Below, in pieces: positions 43,798 to 54,473 of a stretch of DNA of 64,000 nt. The position numbers were made by a program, and so were the translations under genes. Position 1 is the first letter of the stretch, and each line of letters starts with the position of its first letter. Below the pieces are notes generated by a model. The model made no database searches, was not told the DNA's origin, and saw only the letters and a program-made list of their open reading frames with translations. The stretch lies in NCBI GenBank assembly GCA_964016885.1, contig OZ024740.1, positions 78,616,001-78,680,000 of the forward strand, written 5' to 3'. This stretch comes from Eledone cirrhosa (lineage: Eukaryota).

Positions 43798-46700
43798 ATC
43801 ATCATCATCATCATCATCATCAACGTTTAACGTCCGTGTTCCACGCTTGCATGGGTTTGGACGGGGGTAGTCCCCCTTGAGGCAAGAGTGATTGTCTTGC
43901 TCGCATAGGACTGTCTGGCAGGTTTTCTACAGTTGGATGCCCTTCCTAACACCAACCACATTTACAGTGTGGGTCTGGGAGGTTTTTACCGTGTTGCCTA
44001 CACGGCCACATTACAGCGTGGACTGTGTGTTTTTTTGTCGTGACACCTACACGATCTCATTTGTTTCGGCCTCGATGGCGCGGCACCAACATAACTTTAC
44101 ATAGAACGGGGTGGTGTGGATGGGGTGGGGGTGGTGGTGGTGGGACGGGGTGTATTTTGTTAGAGATGCCTACTGGCTGGAGTAGGTTTTACTATATATT
44201 TAGGTAAGGCGGGTCTTCTCTGTTACTGAGTACCGCCAAAGGTCTCGGTCCAGTGACATTGTCTTGGAGAGGTGTAAGTGTGTGATGTCGGAGTTTATCA
44301 GCTCGTCCCAGGTTTTTCTAGGTCTGCCTATTCCGTGACTACTGTCTATCTTTATTGCCCTGCACTTTGTTATACAGCTATCGACTTTCATGCGCATCAC
44401 GTGTCCATACCAACGTAGCCTTCTCTCGAGTAAACAACATCTGATCCCTCTTATCTCTAATTTTTTCCTTAGTTCGTTTATGCTTTGCCGTTCACGTATA
44501 TTACTGTTACACATCCAGCGGAGCATGCAAGCTTCGTTCCTCTCTAGTCTGCGTATATCCTCTGCAGACAATGCCCAGGTCTCACTGCCATGCAGCATTG
44601 CTGTTCGTATGCAGGCATCGTACAACCTGCCTTTCATTTTTAGTGAGAACCCTTTAGCAGCTAATAGTGGTATAAGCTCTCTGAACTTTTTCCAACCAGT
44701 TCTGACTCTAGCTACAGTACTTTCAGAGCACCCTCCCCCACTGCTGATTTTATCGCCCAGGTAACGGAAGCTGTCCACTATTTCTATAGAACCTTCTGCG
44801 CAATTGAAAGAGCTAGTAGTTTGTGGGCACTTGCTGCTACTTATTGCACCAGAGCACCGGCCACATGTAAAATCTATGTTCTTAGTTAGCTTACCTGTGA
44901 TCCCACTACATCTTTTATGCACCCATACTTTGCATTTAGGACATAAAATGGAGTTTCTACCTACGCCTTTCCTACACACCGAGCACGACCATTTCCCAGA
45001 AGGGACCGCCGCCTTGTTTTCTTTCCTACAAACTAGTACTTTGGTCTTAGCCAGGTTAATTTTAAGTCCTTTTGACTCTAGGCCGTGCTTCCATGTTTGG
45101 AATTTCTTCTCTAGCTCGGCCATTGATTCCGCTATGAGTGTCAGGTCGTCTGCGTATAGGAGTTCCCATGGGCAGCCTGTCTTGAACTCCTCTGTTATAG
45201 CCTGAAGGGCAATAATAAATAGTAGTGGGCTGAGAACAGAGCCCTGATGGACGCCAACTTTTACGCTAAACTCTTCACTATATTCGTTGTTAATTCTAAC
45301 CTTGCTGACTGTTTCTTTATACATGGCTTGTATAGCCCTCACAAGCCATTCGTCAACGCCTAGTTTTCTAAGAGCCCACCAGATAATGGAGCGGGGGACT
45401 CTGTCGAAGGCTTTCTCCAAGTCGACAAAAGCTAAGTAGAGGGGCTTACCTTTAGCTAGGTACTTCTCCTGTAGTTGTCGTACTATGAAAAGAGCGTCTG
45501 TGGTACTTTTGCCTGACACAAACCCGAACTGCATTTCATCTAGGTCAATTCTCTCTCTGATTAGTTGCGCTATTACTTTTTCCGTGACCTTCATGACCTG
45601 GTCGATTAATTTAATGCCTCTATAGTTACTCCTATCGAGGGCGTCTCCTTTACCCTTATAACAGTTAACGATGATGCTGCTATGCCAGTCCTTCGGAACA
45701 ACCCCATTCTGTACGACTTGGTTAACTATGCGGGTGACCATGGTGTGTCCCACCGTGCCAGATGCCTTCAGCATCTCAGCAACTATTTCCGAAGGCCCAG
45801 CCGCCTTACCCGTCTTCATATCCTTGATTGCCTTACTTATTATACTCCCCTCGACTAACACTGCTGGTCCCTCTATTGGGTCGATATGGGGGAGACTGTC
45901 TTTCTCCCATTTATTCTCCTCATTTAGTAGCCTTTCATAGTGACACTTCCAAGCTACCTTCTTATCAGCGTCGGTGATGGCAAGTGTGCCATCGTCGTTT
46001 AGTACACACTTCTCCCCGACAATATCACGGTTTTCCTTGACGCATTGCCTAGCAATCCTGAACACCTCACGTTTTTGGTCATCGCGTTGTAGAACATGCT
46101 TGAACTTTCTTTCCTCAGCTTCCCTTCTTGCTAAGTACACTTGTCTCCTCGCTTCCCTCCTGGCCACTTGATAGTCCTCTCTACTTCCCCCATCCCGCCA
46201 TACTTTCCAAGCCTGCTTTTTGGCCTTAATTGACCCCTCCACCTTACTGTTCCACCACCATGTTACTCTCCTCCTGCCTACAGGCCTGCTCCAGCCACAG
46301 ACTTCGTCTGTCGCCAACAGCAGGTTTGCTTTCAGAAATTCCCACTCTCCCTCTATATTGTCCGACTCTAAATGTTCTTCCTTACTGTCGAAAGCATCAA
46401 GTAATATGCTTTGAAATTTATTCCTGGCTGTGGGGTCCTTTAGCTTCCATATTTTCCTCCTGAGGATAGTCCTCTTCTGTTGTCGAGTACGTCTCGTCCT
46501 GACTATGAGGTCGCTAATTATCAGTCTATGTTGGGAGGTGCATTCTTCATGGGGGAGGGATTTAGTGTTTACAACAGACACTCTGTCACGTCTTCTGGTA
46601 AGGATATAATCTACCTGGCTTGTGTGTTCCCCGGATCTATAGGTGATCAGGTGATTGTCACGTTTTTTGAAGTTAGTGTTACAGATAGTTAGGTTATTTG

Positions 46701-47430
46701 CATCACAGAATTCCAGGATTCTGGAGCCTTCCTCATTTCTAGTACCAAACCCATAGCCTCCATGGATTTCGTCGTAGCCGTCACAATGTTGTCCAACGTG
46801 ACCATTTAGGTCGCCTGCGATAATTATATAGTCACTGTCGGATATTTGGGAGGTAGTTAGCATCAGTGTCTCATAGAATCTGTCTTTTATAGTGCCGGGC
46901 AGTCCGGATTGGGGTGCGTACGCAGATATTACTGTCACCGTAGTTCTATTGAGGACAAGTCGTATTTTAATTATTCTGTCGTTCACTCTATTTACGTCTA
47001 TTATCTTATCTGCCCACTTTTCTGCTACCATGATTCCTACTCCACCCAGCCCATCGTCGTTTCCCACCCAGAAAAGCTTATAACATCGTTTTTTACCCTC
47101 AATGAACCTAGCAGACCCACCCCTCCACCTGGTCTCTTGAATACAACAAACATCGACCTCCTTACGTTCAAGCATTTCTACAACCTCGTTAGCGCGACCC
47201 TTTAGGGTGCCTACATTTATGGTACCAACTCTGAAGTTTTGGATTGCGTTTGGGGGTTGGGGGCGGTGGGGGGCGGGGGGCGATGGGGTTATGTTAGCCG
47301 TCCGCGGTCGAAACAATGAGGAGTGCTCGCATTCTCGTCCAAGAGGTGAATTTGTCTTTATCTTTGGCATTGTCGCTGAGCGTCCAGATTTTTCTCTCTC
47401 TCACCTCCACTCTCCAGGATTCCGCAGTCC
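43798..47430 (-). mobile_element. Full-length RTE LINE (subfamily A)
   Basis: Single intact ORF, 400-bp 3' UTR, (GAT)n tail. The 5' boundary is uncertain. Confidence 0.93.
44200..47370 (-). CDS. RTE ORF: APE endonuclease + reverse transcriptase + PHD-like finger (1056 aa, intact)
   Basis: GTINVGTL, CIQETRW, SAYAPQ, GDLNGHVG, QVDYIL, SQHRL (APE). FVDLEKAFD, QGSVLSP, YADD (RT). Confidence 0.95.
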   Translation of the reverse strand: MPKIKTNSPLGRECEHSSLFRPRTANITPSPPAPHRPQPPNAIQNFRVGTINVGTLKGRANEVVEMLERKEVDVCCIQETRWRGGSARFIEGKKRCYKLFWVGNDDGLGGVGIMVAEKWADKIIDVNRVNDRIIKIRLVLNRTTVTVISAYAPQSGLPGTIKDRFYETLMLTTSQISDSDYIIIAGDLNGHVGQHCDGYDEIHGGYGFGTRNEEGSRILEFCDANNLTICNTNFKKRDNHLITYRSGEHTSQVDYILTRRRDRVSVVNTKSLPHEECTSQHRLIISDLIVRTRRTRQQKRTILRRKIWKLKDPTARNKFQSILLDAFDSKEEHLESDNIEGEWEFLKANLLLATDEVCGWSRPVGRRRVTWWWNSKVEGSIKAKKQAWKVWRDGGSREDYQVARREARRQVYLARREAEERKFKHVLQRDDQKREVFRIARQCVKENRDIVGEKCVLNDDGTLAITDADKKVAWKCHYERLLNEENKWEKDSLPHIDPIEGPAVLVEGSIISKAIKDMKTGKAAGPSEIVAEMLKASGTVGHTMVTRIVNQVVQNGVVPKDWHSSIIVNCYKGKGDALDRSNYRGIKLIDQVMKVTEKVIAQLIRERIDLDEMQFGFVSGKSTTDALFIVRQLQEKYLAKGKPLYLAFVDLEKAFDRVPRSIIWWALRKLGVDEWLVRAIQAMYKETVSKVRINNEYSEEFSVKVGVHQGSVLSPLLFIIALQAITEEFKTGCPWELLYADDLTLIAESMAELEKKFQTWKHGLESKGLKINLAKTKVLVCRKENKAAVPSGKWSCSVCRKGVGRNSILCPKCKVWVHKRCSGITGKLTKNIDFTCGRCSGAISSSKCPQTTSSFNCAEGSIEIVDSFRYLGDKISSGGGCSESTVARVRTGWKKFRELIPLLAAKGFSLKMKGRLYDACIRTAMLHGSETWALSAEDIRRLERNEACMLRWMCNSNIRERQSINELRKKLEIRGIRCCLLERRLRWYGHVMRMKVDSCITKCRAIKIDSSHGIGRPRKTWDELINSDITHLHLSKTMSLDRDLWRYSVTEKTRLT

Positions 47431-47585
47431 ATCCATCCATCATATATCGAAAGGCAAGCGATAGTATAGGCCTCTGGTTTCTGATTGGTCCGCGTAATAA
47501 TACTGGTGATGCGTGGGGGCTGTTTTACGATTGGTCCACGTAATAGCAATGGTGGTGCGTGGGGGTGGGAGGGAGGGGTGTTGGG

Positions 47586-47887
47586 TAGCTAGCAAGAAGG
47601 TAATGATTGAATGGGGTCCTTGCATTTAACAAGCGATTAACAAAAATACAAAATTTGTTCTGTTGAATACGCCCAAAAACTTTCGTATTTAACAATTAAT
47701 AGAAACAGAAAATGTAGTTTGTTTTAGCGATAGATTGGCTATTTGGACTTGATACGAGATATGGATTGTTTTGAAAATACGCTAGAATTAAGATTTGTGG
47801 AGGGAGAGAAATGAAATCCGTACATTACGTTACATGAATATCGTGGGTAGAGACAGCAAGCAATGAAATTTGGCGAAGTGAATTCCT

Positions 47888-47946
<59 letters not shown>

Positions 47947-48252
47947 GGGGGGGGGGCGCATGATGGCTGTGTGTGTTAGGCGTTTGACCGCCCCATGCCT
48001 TCGAAGAAGGAAGAAGGAAAGGATTTTGTTTTTTTTGTTTTGAAGATACGCTAGAATTAGGGATTGAGGTTTGAAAATACGTTAGGAATTAAGGTTTGAA
48101 AATAGCTAGCAAGAAGGTAATGATTGAATGGGGTCCTTGCATTTAACAAGCGATTAACAAAAATACAAAATTTGTTCTGTTGAATACGCCCAAAAACTTT
48201 CGTATTTAACAATTAATAGAAACAGAAAATGTAGTTTGTTTTAGCGATAGAT
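47586..48252. repeat. 150-bp direct repeat (47586-47735, 48103-48252)
   Basis: Two apparently identical copies, tagctagcaag...ttagcgatagat. Confidence 0.9.
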
Positions 48253-48284
48253 ATATATATATATACACATATATATATATATAT

Positions 48285-48361
<77 letters not shown>

Positions 48362-48365
<4 letters not shown>

Positions 48366-48579
48366 AAAGTGGACGTGTAGGCGCCACGGAAAAAAGTACC
48401 CAGCACTCACTGTAAATGAGGGTGGTGTTAGGAAGGGCATCCAGCTGTAGAAATCAAGCCAAATCAGTTCCTGTATGAGCAAGGCATGGTCAGCCGACCA
48501 GACACTGCCCACAACAGGACAACCCGTCTAACCCATGCTAGCGTGGAAGAACGGACTTAAAACGGTGATGATGATATAT

Positions 48580-48648
<69 letters not shown>

Positions 48649-49284
48649 AGATTACTAAATGAGGAGAATGCATGGGAAGAAGAGACCCTACCCCAAGTAG
48701 ACCCTATAGAGGGGCCAGCAGTACAAGTCAGCAGCAACGTAGTAAGTAAGGCAATCAAAGATATGAAGATGGGGAAGGCATCTGGGTCTGTAGGTCACAC
48801 TATAACCACACGTATTGTTAACCAGGTAATAGGTGTCATACCAAAAGATTGGTGCAGTAGCATTGTCAACTGCTACAAAGGTAAAGGCGATGCACTAGAT
48901 AGAGGAAACTATAGAGGTATAAAGTTGATGGACCAGGTCATGAAAGTAACAGAAAGAGTTATAGCACAGTTGATTAGGGACCGGGTGAAAATAGACGAGA
49001 TGCAATTTGGGTTTGTACCAGGAAGAGGCACCACTGATGCCTTCTTCCTTGTGAGGCAGTTACAGGAAAAGTACCTAGCTAAAAGTAAGCCACTCTACTT
49101 GGCATTTGTCGACCTTGAGAAAGCCTTTGACAGAGTTCCACGTGCTGTAATCTGGTGGGCTCTTAGAAAACTAGGAGTAGATGAATGGCTTGTGAAAGCG
49201 GTACAAGCCATGTATAAGGGAGCAGTCAGCAAAGTTAGGATTAGCAATGAGTATAGCGAGGAATTTAGCATACAGGTTGGGGTC
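48362..49284 (+). mobile_element. RTE-B fragments (3' UTR 48362-48575; RT region 48645-49284)
   Basis: Near-identical to the element at 41240-43710. Ends at QVGV, where the Gypsy LTR begins. Confidence 0.88.
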
Positions 49285-49659
49285 TGTGGTTGGAAAAAGC
49301 TATCTCACCGCTTTTCAAAGGCGCCGCTCAATCTCCACTGCATGGTAGTTTGAAGACCATTTCTTGTACATCCGTCTTCCTCGGTTGGCTGTCTCTATCT
49401 TCGTATCAACAGTCCCATATCGTTTTGCTCTTTTCACTAGCGCTGCTATCGTCACTGCTCCTTACTCCTCGCCTGCCTGCTTCCAACTGCCTAGCACCGG
49501 GAGATCCCAAACTGGCGTTTACCCCGTTTCTAGGTACTACGCTAGGTACTGCCGAAACTTGCGTTCACCCCTTTGCTAGACACTGCCCAAACTGGCGTTC
49601 ACCCCGTTGCTAGGCACCACTAGGCACCTGCAGCCACCGCACGCCACACCATACCCACA
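49285..49659 (-). repeat. Gypsy 3' LTR (375 bp)
   Basis: TGTGG...CCACA termini. Polypurine tract AGGGGGG immediately upstream on the minus strand (~49662-49668). Confidence 0.8.
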
Positions 49660-49672
49660 CACCCCCCTGATC

Positions 49673-52630
49673 TCAAGGATCAATTTCCTCCTCGTCTCTC
49701 TGCATGTGGAAGTCTGCTGTCCAGGTTGGTGGTCTACGACATCGTTGCGATCTCCGTAGTATTGGGGCAGAGCTCTGGGTTTCCACCACATCTTGGGTTT
49801 CCTCTTCCTCGGAGTCCGTCGACACAGTGATTCTTCTTACATCCAGGACATGATGTGGTACCTCGTCCACGGACACATTGTTCTTTGAATTTACGGCCGT
49901 CACTGTTCCTCTTCCCCATTGAGATGTGCAACGTGCATCTGGGGGCTTAACCCAGACTTCTTCGTCCACCTGCACGAATGCACTCTCTTTCCCCACTGGC
50001 CGTTGTGGTGGCGTGCACGGGTGCCTCCACTCGTATTCGAATACTGCTCTGTGTGGCACCGATTCCTCGACCTGTCCAACCCGAGGGGACATGTTGTACC
50101 AGAACACTGCCTCCATTGGTGAGATGTGGCCCCGCTCCGCCATTGCTTTGATCGTCCGGTGGTGTCGCTCTATGATTCCATTCCCGCTCGGCCTGTGCGC
50201 CGCTCTGAAGAAACGGTTCACCGTCCATCCATCGAGCATCTCCCTCAGTGCCTCCGAGCGGAACGCTGCGCCGTTGTCCATCAGCAGTTTGTCCACAGGG
50301 CCCCGCTCCAAGAACACCTCTCTCAACGTCCGCACGATTTCCTCGGCCGTTCCAGTCCTCATCTCCCTCCATATCGCCATTCGACCTGGTCCGCAGTCGA
50401 CCATCGAGAGGTACGTTCCCTGCCGGTAGTGTGTCACATCCACCGCTAATCGCTTCCAGTCGCGATCCACCGGGAGGCTTCCCGTTTCGTGTACACCCGG
50501 GGCAGGATCAATGGACTGACATCGGACGCGGCCTCTAACCACTCCCTGAACACTGTGTCTGCTAACGTCCGGGTCGATTCTCCTGGCTAGGAACAGGCTC
50601 CTATCCACCCCCATGTGGTGCATGTCATGCAACCCCTTCAGATCCGACTCGGTCAGCCGACACACAGCAGCTATCTTATCCTCTACCTCCTCCGGCGCTC
50701 CCATCCAGGCTTTCTTCACCCTAGTTAATATGTCCGCCCTATTTTTCTGAGGGCACGAAAACTACGCTCAGCCTCAGGTCGAACTCGGTGGCCAGCTCTC
50801 CTAAAGTTCCCAGGCGGCGCTTTATCAGCATCTCTGCCGCACCTCTCGTTCGCACTCTCTTCTCACTCGCGTCCAGTTCGGCCACATTGATGTGATTGCA
50901 GTCGTCCTTCTTTCTAAGCCAGGCTGCATCCTCGACCTCAACACCTCCTATCTCCAACGTGACACCCAGCGCTATGCTGCTGGCATCGCACCACACGGTC
51001 CCGCTCTGTGATTTGGGAACATACCAGCGTCCCCGCACTGGGTCGTCGGCCTTCACCCTTCCCACGATCTCCTGCATCATGGCCACCGTCCTCTCTCCCA
51101 CTCTGTCACTCCAAGTCACTCCTCCCACTCGTCTCTTGACATAGCTGCATGCCGTCCGGAGCCACCCAGCGATCGGGTAGTGACCCACCAGCTTTCCGCA
51201 CACCGAGAAAAGCTCCCGCCTACTCATACTTGGGGCCCAGTTCCGGAACTTCGTTTCTCCTCTGGAATACCAAAAAGCCCGTCCTGTCTCGCCGTAGCCT
51301 AAGTCCCAGCGCGGCTCCTCCCTCCAATGCTTCTGACGGCATCGCAGTCAGTCCGTACCCCTGTAAATGGCTCGTGACCTCCGCCGCTGACACCACCGAC
51401 TCGTCCACTAAGATGTCGTCAATGTAGGAGTTAGTAGCCCTCTTTATCTTGTCAGCCTTCCCCAGAACGGTCTTGAGGACCGCCGCCATGATCTTTGGTG
51501 CGGAGCTCAGCCCGAAACCGAGCCTGGTCAGGCAATATATCCGGCCCTTATACCTGACCAGCTGATACCGCCAGAGCTTCTCATCTATATGCAACTGCAA
51601 GTAAGCCGACTTTAGGTCTACGATTGCTGAACCCCCCGTCATGCGTCTCCACTCACGCAGGGTTTCCCCACAGATATCCGTGACCTCGCCACCTGTGTGG
51701 CATGACACGTGCTCGTTCAGCTCCCGATAGTCCAGCACCGGCCTCACCTTGCTCTTCGTGGGTTGCACCACCGCCATTAACGACAATACTCCGCACTTCA
51801 CCTCCTCCTTCCAGGGAAGCAGTATGCCCTCTTCGATCCATCTCTCTACTTCTTGCTCCTAACGTTTCCCTTCAATGTATGTTGATAGCAGCCCACTTTG
51901 TTCTTCAGTGTTGGTGCTTCTCCCTTCCAGTACCACTCAACAACCCATCGCTGCCCATCAAACACGGCCTTGAAGTCTTTGTCCTGCACAGTGTAAGCGG
52001 GGTATTCCTCCTCGTGGGCCTTCTGGTTCTCATGACGTGCACTCACAGCGCATGACGATGCAGCGGCGCCAAACGACACACCGAGGTTGTCCACCGTGAC
52101 GCCTCCTAAACGGCCAATTGCGTCCATGCCCATAACCACGCCGATCCCATCCACCACACTGTCTACTACGATGGCCGAAAGCTTTATCCTCCTTCCCCGT
52201 ACCGCTATTTCTATCTCGCTGCGACCTCGGCATTCGATTTTCCTGCCGCCGACTGCCCTTACACTGCTCTTCCCTCCCCACCTCTGCGCCACCCCCGCGG
52301 TCACCAGTGTCGTCGTACAGCCCGTGTCCACGGAGGCTCGCTGTGGCTTCCCCCTCACGAAGACTTCCACCACGAGCAGCGCCGCTACTCGTAAGGGGCA
52401 ACTACCGGCGCAGTAGTTCCCCTTGGATCGTTTCTCTGGTTGCAGTTAGTAGCGATGTGGCCTGGTCGCTTACACCGGTAGCAAATTATCTCCGGCCTCA
52501 ACTCTCTACAGTCTCTAGCCATGTGCGGGCCCTGGCAACGAAAACAGCGCCCTCTAAACGTTCGTGGGCGACCGCGTGCCGAGATTGCCTCCCTTTCACC
52601 ATTTCGCTGCCAGGTGTCCTGAGCCTCCGT
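49673..52630 (-). pseudogene. Gypsy gag-pol remnant
   Basis: CFRCQGPHMARDC and CYRCKRPGHIATNC (gag). VDTG (protease). VDLKSAY, FGLSSAP, YIDD (RT). WCDAS (RNase H). H..HH, AVDV, MDNG, NGIIER (integrase). Split over several frames. Confidence 0.9.
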
Positions 52631-52636
52631 AGTTGC

Positions 52637-53890
52637 TATGGCCGAACTAGAGAAGAAATTCCAAACATGGAAGCATGGCATAGAATCAAAAGGCCTTAAA
52701 ATTAACCTGTCTAAGACTAAAGTTCTAGTTTGTAGGAAGGAAAATAGGGCGCCAGTCCCATCCGGGAAACGGCCATGCTCAGTGTGTAGGAAAGGAGTAG
52801 GTAGAAACTCCATTTTATGTCCCAAATGCAAAGTATAGGTGCATAAAAGATGTAGTGGGATCACAGTTAAGCGAACTAAGAACATAGATTTTATATGTGG
52901 CCGGTGCTCTGGTGCAATAAGTAGCAGCAAGTGCCCACAGAATACTAGCTCATTCCATTGCACAGATGGTTCTATAGAAATAGTGGACAGCTTCCGTTAC
53001 CTGGGTGACAAAATCAGCAGTGGAGGAGGATGCTCTGAAAGTACAGTAGTTAGAGTCAGAACTGGATGGAAAAAGTTTAGAGAGCTTATACCACTATTAG
53101 CCGCTAAAGGGTTCTCTCTAAAAATGAAAGGCAGGCTGTATGATGCCTGCATACGAACAGCAATGTTGCATGGCAGTGAGACCTGGGCATTGTGTGCAGA
53201 GGATATACACAGACTGGAGAGGAATGAAGCTTGCCTGCTCCGCTGGATGTGTAATAGTAATATACGTGAACGGCAAAGCATAAACGAACTAAGGGAAAAA
53301 TTAGAAATAAGAGGGATCAGATGTTGTTTACTCGAGAGAAGGCTACGTTGGTATGGTCACGTGATGCGCATGAAAGACGACAGCTGTATAAAAAAGTGCA
53401 GGGCAATAAAAATAGACGGTAGCCACGGAGTAGGCAGACCCAGAAAAACCTGGGACGACTTGATAAATTCTGACCTCACACCCTTACACCTCTCCAAGAC
53501 AATGTCACTGGACCGAGATCTTTGGCGCTACACAGTAATAGAGAAGACCCGCGAAACCTACTACAGTCAGTAGGCACCTCTAACAAAATCCACCCCTTTC
53601 AATGTAAAGTTATGTTGGTACCACAACATCCAGCCCGAAACAAATGAGGTCGTGTAGGTGTCACGACAAAAAAACACACAGTCCACGCTGTAATGTGGCC
53701 GTTTAGGTAATTCAGTAAAAACCTCCCAGTTCCACACTGTAAATGTGGTTGGTGTTAGGAAGGGCATCCAGCCATAGAAAACCCGCCAGACAGTCCTATG
53801 CGAGCAAGGACACCACTCTTGCCTCAAGTGGGAAAACTCCCGTCCAAACGCATGCAAGCGTGGAATATGGACGTTAAACGATGATGATAC
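52637..53890 (+). mobile_element. RTE-A-like 3' portion
   Basis: MAELEKKFQTWKHG through to the 3' UTR and (GAT)n. One stop codon at 52836-52838. Confidence 0.9.
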
Positions 53891-53903
53891 ACACATATAT
53901 ATG

Positions 53904-53937
<34 letters not shown>

Positions 53938-54045
53938 TACACACATATATATATATATACACACACACACATAGACATATATATATATACACATACACAC
54001 ATATATATATATATACACACACACATATATATATATATATATACA

Positions 54046-54285
54046 CAAAGGAGACTGAGGTTAGCTGGACATGCTCACCGACATCCAGAGTTGACATTGC
54101 ACTCAGTAATCCTTTGGGAGCCCCTACATGGACACACTAGAAGAGGAAAACCAAGGTTAACGTATGTTGATGCCCTAAGGACAGACACTGGTCTGTTGGC
54201 GACGCAGGACATGGCAGCGATAATGAGGGACAGAGACCGCTGGAGAGAACTCTTCCATGGATCTCGGGAATTTTACCCGCCTTAG
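54046..54285 (+). mobile_element. 3' end of a distinct RTE-clade LINE
   Basis: [15 protein letters not shown]...[18 protein letters not shown]...DRDRWR, embedded in TA/CA repeats. Confidence 0.75.
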
Positions 54286-54372
54286 ATATATATATACAAA
54301 ATATATATATATACACACACACATATATATTTATATATATATATATATATACACACATATATATATATATAT

Positions 54373-54403
<31 letters not shown>

Positions 54404-54426
54404 CACATATATATATATATACACAC

Positions 54427-54473
<47 letters not shown>

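Larger units (their letters stand above)
49285..52637 (-). mobile_element. Ty3/Gypsy LTR retrotransposon, 5'-deleted, frame-disrupted
   Basis: Minus-strand order gag zinc knuckles, PR, RT, RNase H, IN, PPT, LTR. Confidence 0.92.

Noticed and set aside
41676-47205. Plus-strand ORFs overlapping the RTE elements
   Set aside because: Antisense shadows of the RTE coding frames.
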